A stretch of 64,000 bases of DNA from a virus: the IMG/VR virus record IMGVR_UViG_3300020051_000004; one strand, written 5' to 3'. The position numbers were made by a program, and so were the translations under genes. The first letter of the stretch is position 1. Every line of letters begins with the position of its first letter. Shown here piece after piece: positions 56,524 through 64,000 of this stretch. Under the pieces are notes generated by a model. The model was not told the origin of the DNA. It did not search any database and was given only the letters and a program-made list of their open reading frames with translations.

Positions 56524-56793
56524 ATGATCCTCCTAACAACCATCAACTTACTCCTACAACTCGCTGTTCAATTTTTGCGCCTCAAAATCAAAACGTCAAC
56601 CTATGACATTTTGGAAAAATTTGACGAGCGCCTTGACAAATTGGACCAACAGCGCGAAAAACTCCGCAAATCAACCAACACAGCCGACCAACAACGCGCC
56701 GATAAAATCATGGACGAAATCTTGGAAGAACAGAAGAAAAAGAAATTGTTCCTAGAAGATCAAAAAGTAATTGACGGGTCGAAAGAAAGCTGA
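56524..56793 (+). CDS. N-terminally anchored coiled-coil protein (i-spanin-like)
   Basis: hydrophobic N-terminus followed by a charged coiled coil. Confidence 0.45.
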   Translation: MILLTTINLLLQLAVQFLRLKIKTSTYDILEKFDERLDKLDQQREKLRKSTNTADQQRADKIMDEILEEQKKKKLFLEDQKVIDGSKES

Positions 56794-56799
56794 TATAGT
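56771..56799 (+). promoter_or_regulatory. sigma70-type promoter
   Basis: TTGACG-N17-TATAGT, ATG 6 nt downstream. Confidence 0.6.
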
Positions 56800-56805
56800 A
56801 AAACC

Positions 56806-57012
56806 ATGAAAGTTCAAGCAAAAGCCCGCGTTCAAGCGACAATCGAAGTAGAAGCATCTGCATGGGGCGGCGATTGTTCAATCAGTCAACTCTATAAACA
56901 AGCAGGAGAAAGCGCCATCAACCAAATCAAACATGCTTGCCAGTTATCCAAGCAAAAATTCACAATAGTTGGCGAACCTAAAGTAATCGGAATCATCACA
57001 GAACAACATTAA
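56806..57012 (+). CDS. hypothetical protein
   Basis: ORF. Confidence 0.6.
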   Translation: MKVQAKARVQATIEVEASAWGGDCSISQLYKQAGESAINQIKHACQLSKQKFTIVGEPKVIGIITEQH

Positions 57013-57016
57013 AAAC

Positions 57017-57265
57017 ATGGGACTTTACACACAATTCAAATTCCTAGACCAAAAAGACCCAGAATATCTCACGGCCAAAAACGGTTCTCCAGAAGAGATG
57101 GAGGAGTGGGAGGATGAATATGGGCCGCTTGATTTGCGACCAGGAAAACCAGTTGACGGCGAAGAATCCTGTATTGAAGAAACCGAAGAAGAATACGGCG
57201 GCTGGCTAATTGACTTGTCAAAGATTCCGAAGAAAGCAACACACCTACTCGTTTACCGATCCTAA
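57017..57265 (+). CDS. acidic hypothetical protein
   Basis: ORF. Confidence 0.6.
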   Translation: MGLYTQFKFLDQKDPEYLTAKNGSPEEMEEWEDEYGPLDLRPGKPVDGEESCIEETEEEYGGWLIDLSKIPKKATHLLVYRS

Positions 57266-57270
57266 TGCTC

Positions 57271-57481
57271 ATGAGCAAATACGTCCTACTAACAACCCTC
57301 CTGCTAACCAGTTGCCAGTCAAAAGTTGATCAAAGAATTTATCAACCAGCGCTTTTGTTGCTTCCCCCCGCTAACCGAGGTCCAGACCACGGAAGGCGTA
57401 TATACAAGTTCTGATTCTATTGAAAGGTGGTATCCCGCCAAGAAGGTAGAAGACTTAGAAGCTAAACTGTCAAATTTTTAA
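57271..57481 (+). pseudogene. small lipoprotein apparently frameshifted at a C6 tract (57364-57369)
   Basis: MSKYVLLTTLLLTS-C lipobox; deleting one C gives ...LPPLTEVQTTEGVY...ERWYPAKKVEDLEAKLSNF. Confidence 0.5.
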
Positions 57482-57486
57482 AAACC

Positions 57487-57660
57487 ATGAATCAACAAAA
57501 ACAAGACAAACTCATTGAAGTTTTATTAGATGGCCTAACTTTTGATGGAGCACATCATAAACAATATTATCTTGGCGCGGCCCTAAAAATTATCTTGGGC
57601 GAATCAGAATACGCCGCATTATATGATCAATTTGCATGGAAAGAAGGGGTTCCAGCTTAA
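57487..57660 (+). CDS. small hypothetical protein (DGAHHKQ motif)
   Basis: manual translation, 57 aa. Confidence 0.6.
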   Translation: MNQQKQDKLIEVLLDGLTFDGAHHKQYYLGAALKIILGESEYAALYDQFAWKEGVPA

Positions 57661-57664
57661 CAAT

Positions 57665-57955
57665 ATGCAACTAACCGACCTCCCCCAAATCTTGGACGAA
57701 ATGGTGTCCAAACAAAAAGAAAAACGCGCCAAAACTTTTGTTGCCCGCTATAAAGATAAGAATCTAATTATGCGAAGCGGCAAATCATCGTGGAAAGCAG
57801 TGAATCATGCGAAGGCCGCCGTAAGAAATCATTTTTCAAGCGAAGAGCGTAGTTTTGTTTATAGTGGCCGCGATTATGAAAATTACAATGACCGCCGAAA
57901 ACAATTTGGCGAAGAACTCTTTAAACTAATTGACATTGTAGAATTAACAGACTAA
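57665..57955 (+). CDS. hypothetical protein
   Basis: ORF. Confidence 0.6.
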   Translation: MQLTDLPQILDEMVSKQKEKRAKTFVARYKDKNLIMRSGKSSWKAVNHAKAAVRNHFSSEERSFVYSGRDYENYNDRRKQFGEELFKLIDIVELTD

Positions 57956-57956
57956 C

Positions 57957-58223
57957 ATGCAAACAATTACAACAACAGACAGAACCATCACTTTCGACGA
58001 TTCGCCAGAAGCAAAGGATAGGGTTTTTGACTTAATGCTTGACTTTTTTAAGCAAGTTGATATGTTTAGCGGCGAATGTTTGGGGCAAAGCGATGAAACT
58101 TACATTGAGGCTCCAAACATTTTGTCAGAAGTGGCAGAAGATGGGTTTAAATTTAAGGTAGAATACAGCGATGATTTATCCGACCAAACAGACTACAAAA
58201 ACTCACTAAAGAACGACTGTTAA
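57957..58223 (+). CDS. hypothetical protein
   Basis: ORF. Confidence 0.6.
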   Translation: MQTITTTDRTITFDDSPEAKDRVFDLMLDFFKQVDMFSGECLGQSDETYIEAPNILSEVAEDGFKFKVEYSDDLSDQTDYKNSLKNDC

Positions 58224-59117
58224 ATGAGCACTCTAGACACATCTTACCAACAAATCCTACGCGACATTCATCAATATGGCGAATGGGAAAACAATAGAAC
58301 AGGAATCCGCGCCAAAATAATTCCATCCGCAATGATTACTCATGATATGAGTAGTGGATTTCCACTACTTACGATCAAGAGAACGCCATTTAAAACAATG
58401 GCCGTTGAACTTGAGGGTTTCATCAAAGGAATCACCTCTAAGAAATGGTTTCAAGAACGTGGATGTAAAATTTGGAACGAGTGGTGCAATCCTCAAAAAG
58501 TTCCTTATGGCAATGATAAATTGAGCAAAGCAAGAATGCTGTTAGAAGATGATCTTGGATTAATTTACGGTAGCCAGTGGAGAGATTTTTGTTTCCCCGA
58601 CAAAGATGGCATTTATACTGACTCGCATGGTAATTCTCCTAATGGAGTTGATCAGTTGCAAATCATTGTTAATACGCTCAAAGAGAATCCACAGGATCGG
58701 CGAATGATTTGTTCCGCATGGAACCCTTTAGCCTTGGACCAAATGGCTCTTCCTCCTTGCCATGCTCTCTGGCAGGTTTCAGTGATCAATAACAAACTAA
58801 ATCTCTGCTGGTTTCAGCGTAGCGTTGATACCCCCCTTGGGCTTGGAATAAATATTGCATCTTATGGTCTTTTGCTTCACCTTTTGGCGCGGATTTATGG
58901 ATTTAGAGAGGGCGTTCTTACTGGTTTCTTATCAAATGTTCATTTTTACGAAAATCAAATGGACGGCGTTGATGAAATTTTAGAGAGACATTCTACTTAC
59001 AGCTTACCACAAGTTGAGACAGAAAAGCTTGATTCGATTTTTAATTGGTCGCATTATCAAACAAAGTTGATTAATTACAATAGCCTTGATAAAATCAGTA
59101 TGCCAGTTGCCGTTTAA
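58224..59117 (+). CDS. thyA: thymidylate synthase
   Basis: NRTGI; FPLLT; DLGLIYGSQWR; MALPPCH; QRSVDTPLGL..NIASY; NVHFYENQ. Confidence 0.95.
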   Translation: MSTLDTSYQQILRDIHQYGEWENNRTGIRAKIIPSAMITHDMSSGFPLLTIKRTPFKTMAVELEGFIKGITSKKWFQERGCKIWNEWCNPQKVPYGNDKLSKARMLLEDDLGLIYGSQWRDFCFPDKDGIYTDSHGNSPNGVDQLQIIVNTLKENPQDRRMICSAWNPLALDQMALPPCHALWQVSVINNKLNLCWFQRSVDTPLGLGINIASYGLLLHLLARIYGFREGVLTGFLSNVHFYENQMDGVDEILERHSTYSLPQVETEKLDSIFNWSHYQTKLINYNSLDKISMPVAV

Positions 59118-59118
59118 T

Positions 59119-59601
59119 ATGACCTTTGAACAACTTTTCGCCCCATCCATCCCAAAAATGAGAAGTGTCGCTCTCTCTTTGGGTCTTTCAAAAGAAGACT
59201 CAGAAGACTTGACTCAAGACGCTGCGATTCATTTCTGGAAAAAATTAGCGGCCAAAAAAATTGATTCGGCCCAAAATGTTGAAGCTTATTTTTGTCAATT
59301 TGTTCGCTGGCGGGCAAAAGATTTTCTCAGGAGCAAAAAGGTTTTTCAACCAGTAAGCTTAACAGACGACCTTTCTCAATTTATCCCCGCGCCCGAGAAA
59401 GAAGACGATTCGGTCATTTTAAATGAAATCATTTCTTGCGCCCAAAATAATTTAAGAAAAAGAGAAAAAATTTACTTCGACAGATTCATGGCGGGCAAAA
59501 AAGTTTCTGAAATCGGGGCGGAATTAAATCTTGACAACCAAGGGGTTTATCTGCTAAAATGTAGGATATTCAAGAAACTGAAAAGTAAGCTGATTAAATA
59601 A
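59119..59601 (+). CDS. ECF-type sigma factor
   Basis: DSEDLTQDAAIHFWKK...RWRAKDFLRS...GKKVSEIGAELN. Confidence 0.8.
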   Translation: MTFEQLFAPSIPKMRSVALSLGLSKEDSEDLTQDAAIHFWKKLAAKKIDSAQNVEAYFCQFVRWRAKDFLRSKKVFQPVSLTDDLSQFIPAPEKEDDSVILNEIISCAQNNLRKREKIYFDRFMAGKKVSEIGAELNLDNQGVYLLKCRIFKKLKSKLIK

Positions 59602-59828
59602 ATATGCAAAATCACAATAAATTTGAAAAAACTTTTTGGATTGTTTTTTTAATCTCATGCGTTCTTGCATTTGCGGCTGCATTATTTATTAATAATGGAT
59701 TTGCTGAAATAGGTGTCATCTTTCTAATCACAGCTTTATCGTTGTCTGTTATTGCAACAAAAAATTTTCCTGATTGTGGTTAAAATAACCTTGATAAGCG
59801 ACCAAAATAATCCAAATATTAAAAACAC

Positions 59829-60218
59829 ATGAACGAAACACTAAAACCATACATTGAAAAACTACTTTCTTCGGGCGCAAAAACCGTTGAAGAGGCCGCA
59901 AAATTCATTGAAACTCAAACACCAGAACTAGCGAGCGAAATTGTTCGTTGGGGCGCTATTTCAGAAAGCGCCGCGCCACTATCTTTTATACTTCTTATGT
60001 TTATTTGCATTACCTTTCACTTTATTCTTTTAAAGGCAAAATGGTACATCAAAGGAACACTTGATGAAAGAAATGGCGATCCTCCAGTTTGGCCATTTAA
60101 TTTGGTGGTATTTATTTTCTTCTTTGTCTGCTTCGCTGTTCAAATAATTGATGTTTTATATCCACTCATTGCTCCACGCCTCTATATCCTCGAAAAAATC
60201 TCTTCTCTAGTCAAGTGA
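59829..60218 (+). CDS. membrane protein
   Basis: two TM segments; LIAPRLYILE. Confidence 0.7.
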   Translation: MNETLKPYIEKLLSSGAKTVEEAAKFIETQTPELASEIVRWGAISESAAPLSFILLMFICITFHFILLKAKWYIKGTLDERNGDPPVWPFNLVVFIFFFVCFAVQIIDVLYPLIAPRLYILEKISSLVK

Positions 60219-60436
60219 CCGACATCTCTAAAAAATTCGCCCTAGTTTGCTCGCAAGAACACCTAAACACCCTAGTCACAGACTATATTATTTACGGCGT
60301 TGATAAAAACAACCTTGACAAAGGAGTTCTTGAAGTTTACAATGTAAGCTCAAACGAAGTGCTGAAAAAGCTAACCGAGATGCTGGCAATAAGCGTAGAA
60401 AAGAAAATTGAAAATGACCGCCGAACAAATTCTTAA
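60215..60436 (+). CDS. hypothetical protein
   Basis: ORF; contains TTGACA-N17-TACAAT (60315-60343). Confidence 0.45.
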   Translation: MTDISKKFALVCSQEHLNTLVTDYIIYGVDKNNLDKGVLEVYNVSSNEVLKKLTEMLAISVEKKIENDRRTNS

Positions 60437-60716
60437 ATCTCATGGGTTTTCTAGTGGCAAATTAATATCCCTAAGCAAAAGCAGTTACCGCCACCTATAC
60501 CCAAATAATACTGTCGTTTTCAACGCAACAATTTTGCTTAAATCGGGCGAAAAAGTTTCAATGTGCGACATAGATTTAACCCGCAGCGATGAAAAATTAA
60601 TTTGCGCCGCGAAAGAAATTGGCGAATTCATCGTTCTAAGAGAAAGTGACTCTTGGAGCGTTGAAAAAGAAAATTACGAACAACTAAAACAAAAAGCAGT
60701 AAAAATTTATGGTTAA
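60414..60716 (+). CDS. hypothetical protein
   Basis: ORF. Confidence 0.65.
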   Translation: MTAEQILKSHGFSSGKLISLSKSSYRHLYPNNTVVFNATILLKSGEKVSMCDIDLTRSDEKLICAAKEIGEFIVLRESDSWSVEKENYEQLKQKAVKIYG

Positions 60717-60990
60717 TCCTTTTAAACGCACCTACCAAATTATTGAATATAAAAACCTAGACGGGAAAGTAAGATACACTGTAATTTACGCAAGCCTTTT
60801 AGAAAGGTTGTTTTCTTTTATTGGTTTTAATATATTCGTTGAAGCAAGTGGAGATTTGTATTGGAAGCAGTGGGCCTCTTCATTTCTTACCATAGAATTC
60901 GCCCAAAAAGCTGTTGAAAACCATAAAAATAAAGTAGAACAGGACAAAAGACAAGAATACAAAAAATCAGCAATTCACTATGTCGAATAA
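60709..60990 (+). CDS. hypothetical protein
   Basis: ORF. Confidence 0.55.
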   Translation: MVNPFKRTYQIIEYKNLDGKVRYTVIYASLLERLFSFIGFNIFVEASGDLYWKQWASSFLTIEFAQKAVENHKNKVEQDKRQEYKKSAIHYVE

Positions 60991-61204
60991 CACAGGAGCA
61001 GGCAAAGGTCCAAATTTAAGAAAGGGTGCGAATCTAAATGCCTATTGGCAAAACTACGACAATATTTTTCGCCGCCCAAAAGTTGTCAAAGACGGATGCG
61101 GCAACGAATGGCAGTCTTGTAAAAGACAAGACTGTGGATTGCATGTAGTCCGCCCAGGAAAAGTTCAATGTTGGTGCGACGAAGAAGGAGGGCCGCTTGA
61201 GTAA
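60980..61204 (+). CDS. hypothetical protein
   Basis: GAGKG..R...NYDNIF; Cys-rich tail. Confidence 0.6.
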   Translation: MSNNTGAGKGPNLRKGANLNAYWQNYDNIFRRPKVVKDGCGNEWQSCKRQDCGLHVVRPGKVQCWCDEEGGPLE

Positions 61205-61400
61205 TTTTGAAAACCGTTTAGCCTCAGACGAGGCTATGAATTTGATCTCAGATTTTGTTGACTTACTTGAAAAGTATGAGGATGTCTTGCTAGAAATCTC
61301 AAAAAGCAACCTCCCGAAAAAACTAAAAGATCGCGCCGCCGAAGCTCTTTCCTATGGAAATGAACTAATTGACGGGCCGCCAGACAACCTTGAAGATTGA
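61197..61400 (+). CDS. hypothetical protein
   Basis: ORF. Confidence 0.5.
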   Translation: MSNFENRLASDEAMNLISDFVDLLEKYEDVLLEISKSNLPKKLKDRAAEALSYGNELIDGPPDNLED

Positions 61401-61409
61401 TAAATTAGT

Positions 61410-61652
61410 ATGGAAAAACTGCCAAAAAATATCAGCGAAGCGATTCGATTCTCGGGTGGGCTGTCAAAAATCGTTAGAGACATGAGAGATATGCTTGACG
61501 CAACAAGTCAAGAAATATCCAGAGCTGCCGATTTAATTTCTTTCTACGAAAAAGAGCTAACTGAAATAGCCAACGCCAAAGGTTTTGACAATATTGGTAA
61601 TTGGGCCAAAAATAAAGCAAAAGCGGCAATCAAGAAAGGTAAAACATTATGA
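61410..61652 (+). CDS. hypothetical protein
   Basis: ORF. Confidence 0.55.
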   Translation: MEKLPKNISEAIRFSGGLSKIVRDMRDMLDATSQEISRAADLISFYEKELTEIANAKGFDNIGNWAKNKAKAAIKKGKTL

Positions 61653-62059
61653 CCAAATGCTACTCTCAAAACGAAGAAGACTTTCATTCTAACATGGAAA
61701 CAGCCCTACAATTAGCTGTTGAAGATTTTTTAGGATGCAGTCCAGATTTTGAGGGAGAAACTGAAATTGAATTATTTGAGGGCGAAAAAGACTACAAAAG
61801 CATCTCAGCATTCCTACCCAAAATCAGCGAATACATCGAAGACAGGGCCTATGGAGAAAGTGATGATTATGCCAAGCATTGGTGCAAAAGAATAGAGAAA
61901 AATTCCGCCGAAATACAAAAAACCTTGAGCGCTGCATTAGAAAATTGGGCCAACCTTACCAACAATCAGCCAAACTTTTATAGCGTGAAAAACGTTCAAC
62001 CAATCTCTGTGAAAATTAATGTTGACAAAGAGGGCAATTGGGAGGAAGTTAAAGCATGA
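61649..62059 (+). CDS. hypothetical protein
   Basis: ORF. Confidence 0.65.
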   Translation: MTKCYSQNEEDFHSNMETALQLAVEDFLGCSPDFEGETEIELFEGEKDYKSISAFLPKISEYIEDRAYGESDDYAKHWCKRIEKNSAEIQKTLSAALENWANLTNNQPNFYSVKNVQPISVKINVDKEGNWEEVKA

Positions 62060-62478
62060 AAAAAATCCGCCGCCCAAAATGGTGCACAGGTTTGCAGTCA
62101 ATCCTAGATGCCTCAGACAAACAAATGCGGGAATATAGGGATTGGATTAACAGCCTACCAGAACCCGACCCGAAGTTTGAAAATAATCGCTACTCTTTTT
62201 GGAGCCGCTATAATAAAAGGCGTTATTTTATCTTAGAAAACAACGAATGGTTTTTTGACGGTGAAAAGTTGAATGACTATATCCGCGTGGGATACAAGGA
62301 TAGTCCAAGCAACCCAACCTTTATTGACCCCGATGGTGGACCTTTTTTAGAAATCGGCTCAAAGTTCAAAAAACATGTATCCGTCTTGCCAGAACACAAT
62401 CTTCAAATCACTGGCTTTAAGAACGAGAATGGCCGCTGGAAACTACTGACAACAGGAGCAAAGGAGGTAAAATGTTAG
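62056..62478 (+). CDS. hypothetical protein
   Basis: FIDPDGGPFL. Confidence 0.65.
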   Translation: MKKIRRPKWCTGLQSILDASDKQMREYRDWINSLPEPDPKFENNRYSFWSRYNKRRYFILENNEWFFDGEKLNDYIRVGYKDSPSNPTFIDPDGGPFLEIGSKFKKHVSVLPEHNLQITGFKNENGRWKLLTTGAKEVKC

Positions 62479-62807
62479 ACCAAGACGACTATCCCACAGA
62501 AGAATTCCTCAAAAGCATTGAAGAATTTGACGATTACAAAAACCTTGAAACTCTTTTTGCTGAAATTAAAAAGGCGTGGGCGTATGCTGGTTATTTTAGC
62601 GACCCATTGGATGAGCCGCCAGATGAAGTTAAGCCGCTGCTTTTCGGAGAGCGCCATTGCAAGTGGTTGAGATTAGCAACTGGAGGGTGGTCAGGCAACG
62701 AATCAATTATTGCGGCCTTGGAAAAGAATCCTATCGTTCAAGCTTTTTGTTGGTATATGTCAGCAAGAGGAGGTCTTCATATTTATCAACTTCCGCTATG
62801 GAAATAA
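62472..62807 (+). CDS. hypothetical protein
   Basis: ATGGWSGNESII...SARGGLH. Confidence 0.7.
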   Translation: MLDQDDYPTEEFLKSIEEFDDYKNLETLFAEIKKAWAYAGYFSDPLDEPPDEVKPLLFGERHCKWLRLATGGWSGNESIIAALEKNPIVQAFCWYMSARGGLHIYQLPLWK

Positions 62808-62915
62808 TTGCTCTCGAACAACTAATCATTTTGGCACAAAACGACCTCGATAAATTCAAGGCTCGCAAAAGCGGCTATCCTAAAAACGACTCCCATATAG
62901 AATCGGCCAAAAATG

Positions 62916-63347
62916 TCATAAACGGGGCGAAAAAACTGCTAGAAGAGCTAAAAGCTGCTTAGCCACAAACTTTTCATTGCCGCGCTCTAAAATAAAAACA
63001 TGCGGCGCTTCATTTTCTGATACCTCTTCAAACAAGGAGTCTGAGTCTTTGTATTTGCCCGATCCAAGATGCGAACAATAAACAACCACATCGGGCGCAA
63101 ATATTTTTCTCAACTCTTTTGTGGGGCAAATAAAATCACAAACCACAACTCGCGACCCACATTTTTTGGCCAAAAGTTTCATAGTTTCTGCTTGACGCTT
63201 TCTCCCATTCATGGTAAAGTCATTATTGCTAGTCAATTCCCTCATAAAATCACCATTAAAATGAGTAAAATCAAAGAAACCTCGCAAATAATTGGCAAAA
63301 AAAGTTTTTCCGCTTGACGAGAGCCCGCAAATTAGAATCTTAATCAT
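62916..63347 (-). CDS. adenylylsulfate (APS) kinase-like P-loop kinase
   Basis: ILICGLSSSGKT...FNGDFMR...DFTMNGRKRQ...VVCDFICP...R. Confidence 0.7.
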   Translation of the reverse strand: MIKILICGLSSSGKTFFANYLRGFFDFTHFNGDFMRELTSNNDFTMNGRKRQAETMKLLAKKCGSRVVVCDFICPTKELRKIFAPDVVVYCSHLGSGKYKDSDSLFEEVSENEAPHVFILERGNEKFVAKQLLALLAVFSPRL

Positions 63348-63365
63348 AACAATAATAACAACAAT

Positions 63366-64000
63366 ATGAAAATTACCTTCCTCCGCCACGGACACTCTAA
63401 CAACTCTTCATCTAGCCATTCTCTTATTTTCACAAGGCAAGAACTGCCAAACTCCGACGAGAGTTCTGAATTTGGCTGGCAATCTTTCACCTGCTCAAGC
63501 AAACAAGACAAGTTGAACTATTTATTGACTTGTCTGCACGAAAAGTTTTCGAGCCAATTAAATTTTCCGTATCTTTACGAGATTGATGACTATAAGAATG
63601 ACAAGTGGCACTCTTACGTGGAATCTTCCAGGAAAACTTTAAATAATTTAGAAAGCTCAATGTTTAAGACTTGGGTGAAAATCTACCTTGGATTCGAGGA
63701 TTTTAATGTGAGCGGTTATGTTGACCACCAATCAAGGATTAGCTTCCCATGTGATCGAGGCGGCAAAAAAATTCATTATGAATTTGCCAAAGACTTTATT
63801 AATGAGTTCGTTTGGTCTGGAAACTGGTATGTTTTCGGCGGCAATGACAATGAGGATCGTAGCGACCCCCCAACCAATGACGAAAAGGGTGATTTTGAAG
63901 ATTTCCGTGCCGTCTGGAGGTTCCTAACCGATACTGGAGATATTATGTGTGTCAAAGACCAGTTGACAAACGAGTATGTCTTGAGTAATGTAGATGGACA
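63366..64000 (+). CDS. hypothetical protein (NSSSSHS...DHQS...GNDN type), runs off the window
   Basis: manual translation MKITFLRHGHSNNSSSSHSLIF...GYVDHQS...FGGNDN. Confidence 0.7.
   Translation, partial: MKITFLRHGHSNNSSSSHSLIFTRQELPNSDESSEFGWQSFTCSSKQDKLNYLLTCLHEKFSSQLNFPYLYEIDDYKNDKWHSYVESSRKTLNNLESSMFKTWVKIYLGFEDFNVSGYVDHQSRISFPCDRGGKKIHYEFAKDFINEFVWSGNWYVFGGNDNEDRSDPPTNDEKGDFEDFRAVWRFLTDTGDIMCVKDQLTNEYVLSNVDG

Noticed and set aside
1-64000. Stop-codon reassignment
   Set aside because: Long conserved genes are intact in the standard code, and TAA, TAG and TGA all end genes at tight junctions.

Overview
This is a 64-kb segment of a large dsDNA phage with a lambda-type L-K-I-J tail-tip module (siphovirus-like), read with the standard genetic code and almost no Shine-Dalgarno sites. 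Bases 1-21.2 kb are on the minus strand. They carry a replication/recombination block (stand-alone DnaE PHP domain, Cas4/RecB-like nuclease, primase, DnaB, RecA-like), a sugar-modification block (Gmd, an FkbM methyltransferase split by a TnpB-only IS605 element, GT9, GT2) and nrdAB. A palindrome-rich, ori-like strand switch follows at about 21.2-21.55 kb. To its right are nucleotide-metabolism genes, a sigma factor, SSB, tRNA-Met, more glycosyltransferases (GT4, GT2, GT29, GT9), tail genes including a mucin-like Pro/Thr protein, and a long run of small ORFs with sigma70 promoters (with amidase, sulfotransferase, ThyA, ECF sigma, APS kinase). There are three free-standing homing endonucleases. 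The strongest novel signal is a set of intergenic structured RNAs that appear to imitate host RNAs: (i) a near-exact copy of the 23S rRNA GTPase-associated centre (L11/thiostrepton site, H43-H44) with compensatory changes and a 96-nt structured insert (25772-25935); (ii) a 177-nt rod with 6S-RNA-like architecture (34788-34964); (iii) a cluster of tRNA-scaffold RNAs that lack anticodon loops, plus pseudoknotted RNAs (54274-54690). All calls come from reading motifs by eye; no database searches or folding programs were run.
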